Part shown: positions 37,438-50,043 of the stretch, in pieces
How positions within the stretch are numbered: the first letter of the stretch is position 1
Layout: each line of letters starts with the position of its first letter
Source: Mobula hypostoma
Taxonomy: Eukaryota
DNA: 64,000 nucleotides
Assembly: GCF_963921235.1 (NCBI RefSeq)
Contig: NW_026948143.1
Coordinates: 62,001 to 126,000 of the forward strand
Reading direction: 5' to 3'
Program-made: the position numbers and the translations under genes
Notes under the pieces: generated by a model
What the model was told of the DNA's origin: nothing
The model's database searches: none
Seen by the model: only the letters and a program-made list of their open reading frames with translations

Positions 37438-40210
37438 AGATAGATAGATAGATACTTTATTGATCCCAAAGGAAATTACAGTGTCACAGTAATATTACAA
37501 GTGCACAGATATACAAATATTAGACGAGAAGTAAGAATGAATAAAAAATAAGTTACCTCAAACATCTAACTGGAGGGAGTCATTGGTTCCCTGGCTATAG
37601 GTTGACTCATCATAAAGCCTAATGGCCAAAAGTAAGAATAACCTCATATCGTGCTCTTCGGAGCAGCGCAATTGTCTTAGTCTATAAGTGCTCCTTTGTT
37701 TAGCCAAGGTGCCAAGCAGAGGATGAGAAATATTATCCAGAATTGCCAGGATTTTCTGGTATCCTTTATTCTACCACAGCCTCCAGTGTGTCCATTTAGA
37801 AACATAGAAAACCTACATCACAATACAGGCACTTTGGCCCACAAAGTTGTGCTGAACATGTCCTTACCTTAGAAATTACTAGGGATACCCATAGCCCTCT
37901 ATTTTACTAAGCTCCATGTACCTATCCGAAAGTCTCTTAAAAGACCCTATTGTATCCGCCTCCACCACTGTTGCCGGCAGCCCATTCAATGTACTCACCA
38001 CTCTCTGCGTAAAAAACTTACCCCTGACATCTCCTCTGTACCTACTCCCCAGCACCTTAAACCTGTACCCTCAAACCTGTGCCCTCTTGTGGCAGCCATT
38101 TCAGCCTCGGAAAAAGCCTCTGACTATCCACACGATCAATGCCTCTCATCATCTTATACACCTCTATCAGGTCACCTGTCATCCTCAGTCGCTCCAAAGA
38201 GAAAAGGCCGAGTTCACTCAACCTATTTTCATAAGGCATGCTCCCCAATCCAGGCAACATCCTTGTAAGTCTCCTCTGCACCCTTTCTATGGTTTCCACA
38301 TTCTTCCTGTAGTGAGGCGACCAGAACTGAGCACAGAACTCCAAGTGGGGTCTGACCAGGGACCTATATAGCTGCAACATTACCTCTCAGATCCTAAATT
38401 CAATTCCATGATTGATGAAGGCCAATACACCGTATGCCTTCTTAACCACAGAGTCAACCTGTGCAACAGCTTTGAGTGTCCTATGGACTCGGACCCCAAG
38501 ATCCCTCCGATCCTCCACACTGCCAAGAGTCTTACCACATTCTGCCATCATATTTGACCTACCAAAATGAACCACTTCACGCTTATCGAGGTTGAACTCC
38601 ACCTGCCACTTCTCAGCCCAGTTTTGCATCCTATCTATGTCCCGCTGTAACCTCTGACAGCCCTCCACACTATCCACAACATCCCCAACTTTTGTGTCAT
38701 CAGCAAACTTACTAACCTATCCCTCCACTTCCTCATCCAGGTCATTTATAAAAATCACGAAGAGTTAGGGTCCCAGAACAGATCCCTGAGGCACACCACT
38801 GGTCACCGACCTCCATGCAGAATATGACCCGTCTACAACCACTCTTTGCCTTCTGTGGGCAAGCTGGTTCTGGATCCATAAAGCAATGTCCCCTTGGATC
38901 CCATGCCTCCTTACTTTCTCAATAAGCCTTGCATGGGGTACCTTATCAAATGCCTTTCTGAAATCCATATACACTACATCTACTGCTCCTGTAACAGAGA
39001 CAGCCTTTCTAATCAGCTTATTGAGCCTGTTGACATCACTCATGTTGATGCCATTGTCCCAGCACACCACCACATAGATGATTGTACTGGCAACAACAGA
39101 CTGGTAGCACATGTGAAGGAGAGGCCTGCACAATCCAAAGAACCTCAATCTCCTCAGGAATTAGAGGTGACTCTGGCTCTTCTTGTACACAGCCTCTGTG
39201 TTGGTGCTCCACTCAAGCCTGTCATCCAAGTGCACCCCCAGGTATTTGTAGGTCCTCAGCCCATTCACGTCCTCACCATCAATAGTAACAGGGAGCAGTG
39301 CAGACCTAAAGCCCATCATCATCTCCTTTGTCTTATGGTGTTGAGCTGCAGATAATTCAGTTTGCACCATTTAACAAAGTCCTCCACCGAGGCCCTGTAT
39401 TCATCCTCCTATCCTCCATTTATATACCCAACTATTGCTGGATCATCAGAGAATTTCTGTAGATGACATGACTCAGTTTTGTATCTAAAGTCCGAGGTAT
39501 ACAGGGTAAACAGGAAGGGAACCGATACAGTCCCCTGTGGGGCCCCAGTGCTGCTTATATCCATGTCAGACACACAGCTCTGAAGCCACACATACTGTGG
39601 TCTGCCAGTCGGAGTCCATTATCCAGGATACAATGGAAGTGCCAACCTGCATTGAACAGAGTTTCTCCCCCAGCAATGAGGGCTGTATGGTATTGAAGGC
39701 ATTTGAAAAATCAAAAAAAAACATGGTCCTCACAGTGCTGCCCTGCTTATCCAAATGGGAGTAGGTTCTGTTCAGCAGGTAGATGACAGCATCGTCAATT
39801 CCAATGTGCTCCTGGTAAACAAACTGCAGGGGATCGAAGGCTGATCTGACCAGGGACCAGAGGTGAGCCAGGACCAGCCTCTCTAGAATTTTCATGATGT
39901 GTGAGGTCTAGGGCCACTGGACGGTAGTCATTCAAGACTTTTGTTTGGCCCTTCTTGGGTACTAGGGCCACACAAGATGTTTCCACACAGTCAGGACCCT
40001 TTCCAGGCTGAGACTCAGATTGAAGATGCGCTGAAAAACTCCACACTCCTTCACGACCTTGGGTTCACACCATCCAGTCCAATGCTTTGCCGTGTCTGAG
40101 CTTCCCCAGAGACCTCTTACCTGCTCAGTAGTGAAGGTGAGTCCATGACAACTGGGAAGTTGGTGGAAGGTGGGGGCTGGGGGAGGTGAAGATTGGGACG
40201 ATAGACATTG
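37438..40210 (-). mobile_element. Rex1/Babar LINE, 5'-truncated, split by CR1-A
   Basis: (TATC)n tail after AATAAA; DPLQFVY, FFDFSNAFNTIQP, GAPQGTVSVPFLFTLYTSD, QKFSDD, YKYLGVHLDDRLEW. Confidence 0.9.
37797..38985 (-). mobile_element. 5'-truncated CR1-A nested in Rex1/Babar
   Basis: YMDFRKAFDKVPH through the 3' tail tagaaacatagaaaacc. Confidence 0.93.
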
Positions 40211-40446
40211 GTCTATGCAGGCAACCATCTACTACCGGTCTCTGGCTTCTCCCACAAAACCATTCTTGAATCCAATTTACTACCTCAACTTGAATGCTGA
40301 GCGACTGGATCTTCTTGACCAGTCTCCTATGTGGGACCTTGACAAATGCCTTACTAATGTCCATATAGACAACATCCACTGCCATGCTTTTATCCACTTT
40401 CCTGGTAACTTCCTCGAAAAGCTTTAAGATTGATTAGACATGACTT

Positions 40447-40761
40447 TTTAAGGCATCCGTTAGTCTTGCGAGACCATGGATCTGCGCCTGGAAAGTCTTC
40501 ACTCTCCAGGGCGCAGGCCTGGGCAAGGTTGTATGGAAGACCAGCAGTTGCCCATGCTGCAAATCTCCCCTCTCCATGACACCAAGGTTGTCAAAGGGAA
40601 GGGCATTAGGACCCATACAGCTTGGCACCAGTGTCGTTGCAGAGCAATGTGTGATTAAGTGCCTTGCTCAAGAACACAACACGTTGCCTTGGCTGGGGTT
40701 CGAACTCATGACCTTCAGGTCGCTAGTCCAATGCCTTAACCACTTGGCCACGTGCCCACAC
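40447..40761 (-). mobile_element. tRNA-derived SINE, full length (~315 bp)
   Basis: Pol III A box TGGCCAAGTGG (40740-40750), B box GAGTTCGAACCC (40696-40707), central CTTGAGCAAGGCACTTAA block, short A tail, and a perfect 12-bp TSD TAGACATGACTT (40435-40446, 40762-40773). Confidence 0.92.
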
Positions 40762-42699
40762 TAGACATGACTTGCCATGCACAAAACCATGCTGACTATT
40801 CCTAATCATTCTCTGTCTATCCAAATACTCATATATCCGGTCCCTTAGAATACCTTCCAAGAACTTTCCCACTACTGATGCTAGGCTCACCGGCCTTTAA
40901 TTTCCTGGTATGTGTTTAGAAACTTTCTTAAACATAAGACCAAAAGATTCGGGATTAGAATTAGGTCATTTGGCTGATCGAGTCAGTGGAACAAGATTGG
41001 CTATCCTTAAACCTTCTGGTACCTCACCTGTTGTGAAGGATGATTTCAATATCTCTGCTCGGGCCCCTACAATTTCTGTACCAGGCTCCCCCTGGGTCCA
41101 TGGGAACACCTTGTCAAGCACTGGAGATTTATCCACCTTAATTTGCCAGAAGACAGCAAACATATCCTCCTCTGTAATTTGTATTAGGTCCATAGCCTCG
41201 CTGCTGCTTTGCCTCACTTCTATAGACTCTGTGTCCATTTCTAAAATAAATACAGATGCAAATAATCCATTTAAGATCTCCCCCAAGTGTTCAGACTCCA
41301 TGCATAGAGTACCATTCTGCTCTTCCAGAGGACCAGTTTTGTCTCTTGCAATCCTTTTGCTCTTAACATACCTGCAGAATCCTGTCGGATTGTTTTTCAC
41401 CTTGTACGCTGGGGCAACCTCATGCTTTATTTTAGCCCTCCTGGTTTCTTCCTTAAGTGTTCTCTTGCATTTCTTATACTCCCTAAGCACCTCATTTGTT
41501 CCTACTTTCCTATATCTGCTATACACATTTTTTTCTCTTAAAAAGGGTCTCCATATGTCTTGAAACCCAAGGTTCCCTGTTATCTTTACCTTTTATTCTG
41601 ACAGGCAGCAGTTTGTGACCTTGTAGACATCTATTCTTCTAAATTATGTGGGCTGCTGAGCGGTCTGCAACGATGATGATGATTATGGCCGGTTCTTTAT
41701 TTGTGAAGATCTACCCAGGTTTGGAATCGGAGTTGTCCTGATGAACTCAGACTGCTTGCCCAGTTATTCCACTGGACACTCAGTCACGCCATGACAGAAC
41801 AAGCTCGTTCAGAAGAGAGACGCCATGGAAGGTGTTGCTATGGGCACAGCAGCATCGGAGATGCCATATGCAAGTGACCACTTGCACGGCAAGCCAAACA
41901 ATGGTCCTGTGGCCATCACGACATCTGGAAAGGTGAGGCTATGAAAGATGCTTTGCCTTCATTAAGTGAGCAAGATGTCCAGCCCAGAACTCATCTGTCT
42001 CCAGTCTATAATATAGCCATTTTAACATGGTCATATCCTTCCTTACTTCTCAGTTCCACCCATAAAGCCTCACTAGATGAGCTCTCCAGTCTGTCCTGAC
42101 TGAGCACTGCAGTGATCTTTTCCCTGACGAGGAACCCACTCACCCCTCCTCCTTAAGCCCTCCCATTGTTGCATCTAAAGCAATGGAACCCGGAAATATT
42201 GACCTGTTATTCCTGCCCCTCCTGTAACTAAGTCTCACTGATGGCTACAATATCATAAATCAGGGTGTTGATTCATGCCCTGAGCCCATCTGCCTTTCCT
42301 ACTATAATTCTTGCATTGAAATATCCGCAGCTCAGGAGATTTGTTGCACCATGCTTAACGTTTTTATTCCAGACTTTTTCTGAAGTCTTAACATCAACAG
42401 TTTTCATAGTCTCTTTACTAGCTGTTCCCATCTCCCGGCATTCTAGTTTAAACACCTCCCCCCCTCCCCCGTGCAGCACAAGCAAACCTTCCCACTGTGA
42501 GAGGTCTGAATACAGACCTGTTAAACAGGTAAAATAAAATCATGTCAGTACCTGAGCAATATTGTTGTGATGGGTCTGATAGCAGCATTGATTTCCCACA
42601 AAATTGCTCACTCCCTCCCATTGGACAGAAGATACAAAAGCCTGACAACATGAGCCGATAGGCTTAAGGGAAGGGCAGCCTCTACCCTGTTATTTACAA

Positions 42700-43312
42700 A
42701 GGTTCAAAGTTCAATGTACATTTATTATCAAAGTACATATATGTCAGATTGGTTTTCCCGTGGGTGTACTCAGTAAATCCAAGAACCATAACAGGCTCAA
42801 TGAAAGACTACACACAATGGGGGAGGGAGGGGAGGGTACAAACAACCAATGGGCAAAATACAGAAGAGAAACGATCGCAATAATAAATAAATTAGCAATA
42901 AATATCAAGAGCATGAGATTAAGAGTTGTAGAACAGTTCAGTGATGGGGGCAAGTGACGTTACCCTCTCTAGTTCAAGAGCCTGCTGGTTGAGGGGTAAT
43001 AACTGAACCTGGTGGTGTGAGTCCTGAGGCTCTTGTACTGTCTTCCTGATGGAAGCAGAAAGAAGAGAGCATGGCCTGGGAGGTGAGGATCTCTGATGAT
43101 GGATGCTGCTTTCCTGCAACAGTGTTTGATGTAGATGTGCTCAGTGGTGGGGTAGGGTTGAATCCATTACTTCTGTAAGATTTTCTGTTCAAGGGCGTTG
43201 GTGTTTCCGTACGTTGTGGGCCAAGGGCCTGTACTGTGCTGTACTATTCTATGTTCGATACCAGGCTGTGATGCAGCCAGTCAATACATGCTCCACTACA
43301 CATCTATAGAAG
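42700..43312 (-). mobile_element. Rex1/Babar 3' fragment, with a CR1 tail stub at ~43213-43255
   Basis: KAASIIRDPHLPGHALFFLLPSGRQYKSL...; AATAAA and a (TTTGAAC)-like tail. Confidence 0.75.
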
Positions 43313-45316
43313 GCAAATAGAAATAAATTAATTACTCAGATGATGAAGAATGGCCATGTTGACCAAGCCCATGAAATGTCCCAGACGCTGTTGCTAATGT
43401 TTGGAACTAAAGTTAGGGATTATTAGTGAAGGTTAGCGATCATTAGGGAATGTGTTAGAATTTGTGATTTCAGTTGGTTTGCCTTAATATCTTCATAACT
43501 GTAAAAGTAAATTAAAGAGATCATGACCAATGCCACTGGATATGTAAAAAAGCAAGAGTTTGTAATTCAGGCTGCATCGTAGTAAACCTCTTCTGCAGCC
43601 TCTCCAAAGTATCGACATCCTTCTTGAGATTGTCGTCAGGGATAGTGTGTCAGATGCAGAAAGGGAGGACTTCCTGGAGGGATCATCCATTGAGTCAGTG
43701 TGGGTGGAAGTCCAAACAGAAAGGGAACAATCATGCCATGCAGTATTCTGTAGACCCCTCCCCCACTCCCCCCACAATAGCAACAGGGCCAGTGAGGAAC
43801 AGGTAAGTAGCCAGATTTTGGAGAAGTGCAAAAATAGCAGGCAGGTGACTCCAACTTTCACAATACTGATTGGCACTTCCTCAGTGCAGAAGGTTCAGAC
43901 GGGGTGGAGTTTGTCAGGTGTCCAGGAAGGAGTCCTGGTACAATACATAGTCAGGCTGACCGGAGAAGAGGCCATACTGGATCTGAGACTGGGCAATGAA
44001 CCTGGTCAGATGACAAACCTCTCAATGGGCGAGCATTTCAGAGACAGTGAAAAAAATCCCCCAACCTTTACCATAACCTCGGAGAGGGATTGGAGCAGAT
44101 GGTATGGGAAAGTATTTAATTGGGCGAGGATGAATTATGATGCGATTAGGCAGGAACTTGGGAAGAGGATGTTTGTTTAAAGCGAGAGCTTCGCGAGTGT
44201 TCAGGTTCATTCCGGTGGCCCAATCAGCGGCTGAAGCGGGCCACACCAATAAGAACTTAAGAAATAAAAGCAGGAGTAGGCCATTCGACCCATCAAGCCT
44301 GCCCCACCATTCAATAAGATCATGGCTGATCTGTTGGTAAACTCAGCTCCATCTACCTGCCTTTTCCCCATAACCCTTAATTCCCTTACTATGTAAAAAC
44401 GTATCTAACTGTTTCTTAAATATATTTAGTGAAGAAGCCTCAACTGCTTCCCTGGGCAGAGAATTCCACAGATTCACCACTCTCTGGGAAAAACAGTTTC
44501 TCCTCATCTCCGTCCTGAATCTTCTCCCCTGAATCTTGAGGCAATGTCCCCTAGTTCTAGTCTCACCTACCAATGGAAACAACTTTCCTACTTCTATCTT
44601 ATCTATTCCTTTCAAAATATAGTATGCTTCTATAAGATCCCCTCTCATTCTTCTGAACTCCAGAGAGTATAATCCCAGGCGACTCAATCTCTCCTCATAG
44701 GTTAACCCCTTCATCCCTGGAATTAACCTGGTGAACCTCCTCTGCACTGCCTCCAAAGCCAGTATATCCTTCCTCAAGTGTGGAGACCAGAACTGCACAT
44801 AGTACTCCAGGTGCGGCCTCACCAGTACCCTGTATAGTCGCAGCATGACCTCCCTGCTCTTGAATTCAATCCTTCTCAGCCATGATCTCAGAATGGTGGT
44901 GCAGGCTCGAAGGGCCAAATGGTCTACTTCTGCACCTATTGTCTATTGTTTATTGTCTATTCTAGCAATGAAGGCCAACATTCTGTTTGCCTTCTTAAGA
45001 ACCTGTTGTACCTGCAAACCAACTTTTTGCGATTCATGAACAAACACTCCGGAGTCCCTCTGCACAACAGCATGCTGCAATCTTTCACCATTTAAATAAT
45101 AATCTGCTTTTCTATTATTCCTTCCAAAATGGATGATCTTGCATTTACCAACATTGTATTCCATCTGCCAGACTTTGGCCCACTCACTTAACCTATCTAT
45201 ATCCCTCTGCATACTCTCCACATCCTCTGTACAATTTGCTTTTCCACTCAGTTTAGTGTCATCAGCAAATTTTGCTACACTATGCTCAGTCCCCTCCTCC
45301 AGATCATCAATGTAAA

Positions 45317-48300
45317 TAGAAACATAGAAAACCTACAGTACAATACAAGCCCTTCGGCCCACAATACTGTGTCAAAAATATCCCTACCTTAGAAATCTGC
45401 CACTTCTCAGCTTTTCCCAGTTTTGCAACCTCTCAATATCCTGCTGTAACCTCTGACAGCCACAACACTATCCACAACACTTCCAACCTTTGTGTCATCA
45501 GCAAACTTACTAACCCATCCCTCCACTTCCTCATCCAGGTCATTTCTAAAAATCACGAAGAGTATGGGTCCCAGAACAGATCCGTGAAGCGCACCACTGA
45601 TCACCAACCTCCATGCAGAACATGACCCGTCTACAACCACTCTTTGCCTTCTGTGGGCAAGCCAGTTCTGGATCCACGAAGCAAGGTCCCCTTGGATCCC
45701 ATGACTCCTTACTTTCTCAATAAGCCTTGCATGGGGTACCTTATCAAATGCCTTGCTGAAATCCATATACACTACATCTATTACTCTTCCTTCATCAATG
45801 TGCTTAGTCACATTCTCAAAAAATTCAATCAGGCTCGTAAGGCATGACCTGCCCTTGACAAAGCCATGCTGACTATTCCTAATCATATTACACCTCTCCA
45901 AATGTACATAAATCCTGTCTCTCAAGATCTTCTCCATCAACTTACCAACCAATGAGGTAAGACTCACTGGTCTATAATTCCCTGGGCTATCTCTACTCCC
46001 TTTCTTGAATAAAGGAACAGCATCCACAACCCTCTAATCCTCCGGAACCTCTCCCATCCCCATTGATGATGCAAAGATCATCGCCAGAGGCTCAGCAATC
46101 TCCTCCCTCGCCTCCTACAGTAGCTTGGGGTACATCTCATCCGGTCCCAGTAACATATCCAACTTGATGCTTTCCAAAAGCTCCAGCACATCCTCTTTCT
46201 TAATATCTACGTGCTCAAGCTTTTCAGTCTGCTGTAAGTCATCACTACAATCACTAGGATCCTTTTCCACAGTGAATACTGAAGTAAAGTATTCATTAAG
46301 TACCTCTGCTATTTCCTCCAGTTCCATACACACTTTCCCACTGTCACACTTGATAGGTCCTATTCTTTCACGTCTTATCCTTTTGCTCTTCACATACTTG
46401 TGGAATTCCTTGGGGTTTTCCTTAATTCTGCCTGCCAAGCTCTCCTAATTTCCTTCTTAAGCTCTTTCCTGGTAGCCTTATAATCTTCTAGATCTCTAAC
46501 ATGACCTAGCTCTCTGAACCTTTCGTAAGATTTTCTTTTCTTCTTCTCTAGATTTATTACAGCCTTTGTACACCACGGTTCCCATACCCGACCATAACTT
46601 CCCTGTCTCATTGGAACATACCTATACAGAACTTAGCACAAATATCCCCTGAATATTTGCCACATTTCTTCCGTACTTTTCCCTGAGGACATCTGTTTCC
46701 AATATAAGCCTCCAATTTCCTGCCTGATAGCCTCACAATTCCCCTTACTCCAATTAAACACTTTTCTAACTTGTCTGTTGCTATCTCTCTCCAATGCCAT
46801 TGCAAAGGAGATAGAATTATGATCACTATCTCCAAAATGCTCCCCCACTGAGAGATCTGACACCTGACCAGGTTCATTTCCCAATACCAAATCAAGTACA
46901 GTCTCTCCTCTTGTAGGCTTATCTACATATTGTGTCAAGAAACCTTCCTGAACACACCTAACAAACTCCACCCCATCTAAACCCCTTGCTCTAGGGAGAT
47001 ACCAATCAATATTTGGGAAATTAAAATCTCCCACCACGACAACTCTGTTATTATTACACCTTTCCAGGATCTGTTTCCCTATCTGCTCCTTGATAGCCCT
47101 GTTTCTATTGGGCGGCCTATAAAAAACACCCAATAGAGTTATTGACTCCTTCCTGTTCCTAATCTCCACCCACAGAGACTCTGTAGACAATCCCTCCATG
47201 ACGTACTCCTTTTCTGCAGCCGTGACACTATCTCTGATCAAAAGTGCCACGCCCCCACCTCATTTGCCTCCCTTCCTTTTCTTTCTGAAACATCTAAAGC
47301 CTGACACTTGATGTAACCATTCCTGTCCCTGAGCCATCCAAGTCTCTGTAATGACCACCACATCATATCTCCAAGTACTGGTGCACGCTCTAAGCTCATC
47401 CGCTTTCTTTACAACACTCCTTGCATTAAAGTAGACACATCTCAAGTCTTTGGTCTGAGCACGTCCTTTCTCTATCACCTGCCTATCATCCCTCTCGCAC
47501 TGTCTCCAAGCTTTCTCTATTTCTGAGCAAACCGCCTCTTCCCCAGTCTCTTCAGTTCAGTTCCCACCCCCCCAACAATTCAAGTTTAAACTCTCGCCAG
47601 TAGCCTTAGCAAACCTCCCCCCCCCAGGATATTGGTCCCCCTGGGATTCAAGTGCAACCCGTCCTTTTTGTACAGGTTACACCTGTCCCAAAAGAGGTCC
47701 TAGTGATCTAGAAATCTGAATCCCTGCCCCCTGCTCCAATCCCTCAGCCACACACCTATCTTCCACCTCATTCTATTCCTAATCTCACTGTCACGTGGCA
47801 CAGGCAGTAATCCTGAGATTACTACCTTTGTGGCCCTGCTTCTCAACTTCCTTCCTAACTGTCTGTAGTCTTTTTTCAGGACCTCTTCCCTTTTCCTACT
47901 TATGCCAATGGTACCAATGTGTACCACGACCTCTGGCTGTTCTCCCTCCCACTGCAGGATATCTTGGACACAATCTGAAACACTTGGACCCTGGCACCTG
48001 GGAGGCAAACTACCATTCGTGTTTCTTTCCTGAGTCCACAGAATCGCCTGTCTGACCCCTAACTATAAAGTCCCCTATCATTACTGCCTTCGTCTTCCTT
48101 TCCCTACCCTTCTGAGCCACAGGGCCAGACTCTGTGCCAGAGGCGTGACCACTGTTGTTTCCCCCAGGTAGGCTGCCCCCTCGCCAAAAGTACTCAAGCA
48201 GGAGTACTTTTTGTTAAGGGGTACAGCCACAGGCGTTCTCTATAGTATCTGCCTCTTGCCCTTCCCTCTCCTGACTGTTACCCACTTCTCTGCCTCCTGT

Positions 48301-48643
48301 GGTCCCGGAGTGACTACCTGCCCATAGCTCCTCTCTATCACCTCCTCGCTCTCCCTGACCAGACGAAGGTCATCGAGCTGCATCTCCAGTTCCCTAACGC
48401 GGTCCCTGAGGAGCTGCAGCTCGACACACCGGGTGCAGATATGGCCGTCTGGGAGGCTGGGAGTCTCCCAGACATCCCACATCCGACACCGAGCACAGAA
48501 AACCGGCCTCACACACATACTTCCTCCTTTCCATAATTAACACAGGTAAACCTACCTCATCTTGCCTTGTTACCGCCTAAGCCCATTGAGCCAAAGCCCT
48601 ACCACTCTACTGCCTCTCACTCCGCTGCCTACTCTGACGCGCT
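45317..48643 (-). mobile_element. CR1-A with 5' UTR and ORF1, and an internal deletion of the RT C-terminus near 45394
   Basis: ORF1 CARCRMW...CTRC zinc finger + coiled coil (48240-48518), SGNH domain (47700-48100), EN (46633-47478), RT (45407-46438) and tail at 45317. Confidence 0.93.
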
Positions 48644-49063
48644 ACTGTGGGCCCAGCACCAACCCCTGCGGCACCCCACTCACAATTGACTGCCAACTGG
48701 AGAAACACCCATTTACACTAACTCTCTGCCTTCTATTGGTTAACCAATCAATTATCCATGCCAATACACTTCCTCGAACTCCAAGCATCCGTATCTTATT
48801 TGTAAGTCTCTTGTGCAGCACCTTATCAAACGCCTTCTGGAAATCCATATATACGACATCCACCTGTTCCCCTCTATCCACGGCACTCATTATATCCTCA
48901 AAGAACTCCAATAAGGTTGTCAAACAGGACCTGCCCTTTCTGAATCCGTGCTGCATCTGTCTAATGGAACCACTCCTTTCTATATGTTTCCTTATTTCTT
49001 CCTTAATGACAACTTCAAGCATTTTCCTGACTACAGAAGTTAAGCTAACTGGCCTATAGTTGC

Positions 49064-49240
49064 AAACACGAGGAATTCTGCAGATGCTGGAAATTCAAGC
49101 AACACACATCAAAGTTGCTGGTGAACGCAGCAGGCCAGGCAGCATCTCTAGGAAGAGGTACAGTCGACGTTTCTGGCCGAGACCCTTCGTCCTGAGATGC
49201 TGCCTGGCCTGCTGTGTTCACCAGAAACTTTGATGTGTGT
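49064..49240. mobile_element. 177-bp non-coding hairpin mini-element made of PLE terminal sequence
   Basis: TSD GGCCTATAGTTGC at 49051-49063 and 49241-49253; inverted arms 49102-49148 and 49194-49240 (45/47 match); matches the 23927-24056 PLE end. Confidence 0.9.
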
Positions 49241-50043
49241 GGCCTATAGTTGCCTGTCTTTTGCCTACATGCTTTTTAAAAAAGTGGCGTGACATTTGCT
49301 GTCTTCCAATCTGCCGGGACCTGCCCAGAGTCTAGAGAGTTTTGATAAACGATTACCAACGCACTACTATAACCTCCAACAATTCCCTCAACACCCTGGG
49401 ATGCATCCCATCATGTCCAGGTGACTTATCTACCTTCAGGCCCTCTAGCTTGCTCATCATTATCTCTTTAGTGACAGTGATTTTATCGAGGTCCACACCT
49501 CCCATTTCGTCCATAACATTCCTTGGCATATTAGACGTGTCCTCTACCATGAGGACCGAAACAAAATAGTTGTTCAATGCCTCGGACATTTCCTTATCAC
49601 CCAATATCAATTTCCCCTTCTTGTCTTCCAAGGGACCTACGTTGAATTTAGCCACCCTCTTCCACTTTATATATTTATAAAAACTTCTGTTATCTGTTTT
49701 TACATTTTGTGCTAATTTACTTTCATACTCTATCTTCCCTTTCCTTATTTCTTGTTTAGCTGTTCTCTGTTGTTTTCTAAAGTTTCCCAATCCTCCAGTC
49801 TCCCACTACTCTTTGCGACTTTGTACACATGAGCTTTTAATTTGATACTATCCTTTATTTCCTTAGTTATCCAAGGCTGGCTCTCCCCACACTTACTGTC
49901 CTTACTTTTGATTGGAATATACTTTTGTTGAGCACTGTGAAAAATCTCTTCGAAAGTACTCCACTGTTCCTCAACTGTCCTACCAAATACCCTGTGCTTC
50001 CAATCCACATTAGCCAACTTCTCCCTCATCCTGTTGTAGTCTC

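Larger units (their letters stand above)
36427..42496 (-). mobile_element. Old CR1-E, fragmented by deletions and nested inserts
   Basis: Tail at 36427, RT pieces (36604-37030, 37370-37437, 40217-40446, 40774-41585) and EN/ORF1 end (41995-42496). Confidence 0.75.
35437..42580. repeat. 58-70-bp palindrome-containing tandem array split into 35437-35510, 36328-36426 and 42497-42580
   Basis: CCTGTTAAAYAGG at 35437, 35495, 36377 and 42517; CAATATTGTTGTG at 35465, 36347 and 42557. Confidence 0.8.

Noticed and set aside
40688..40761. tRNA gene
   Set aside because: It is the head of a TSD-flanked SINE; no proper acceptor stem or terminator is evident.
47700..48518. Host GDSL/SGNH lipase or zinc-finger gene
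   Set aside because: This is the known zinc finger + esterase ORF1 of CR1 LINEs, lying upstream of ORF2.
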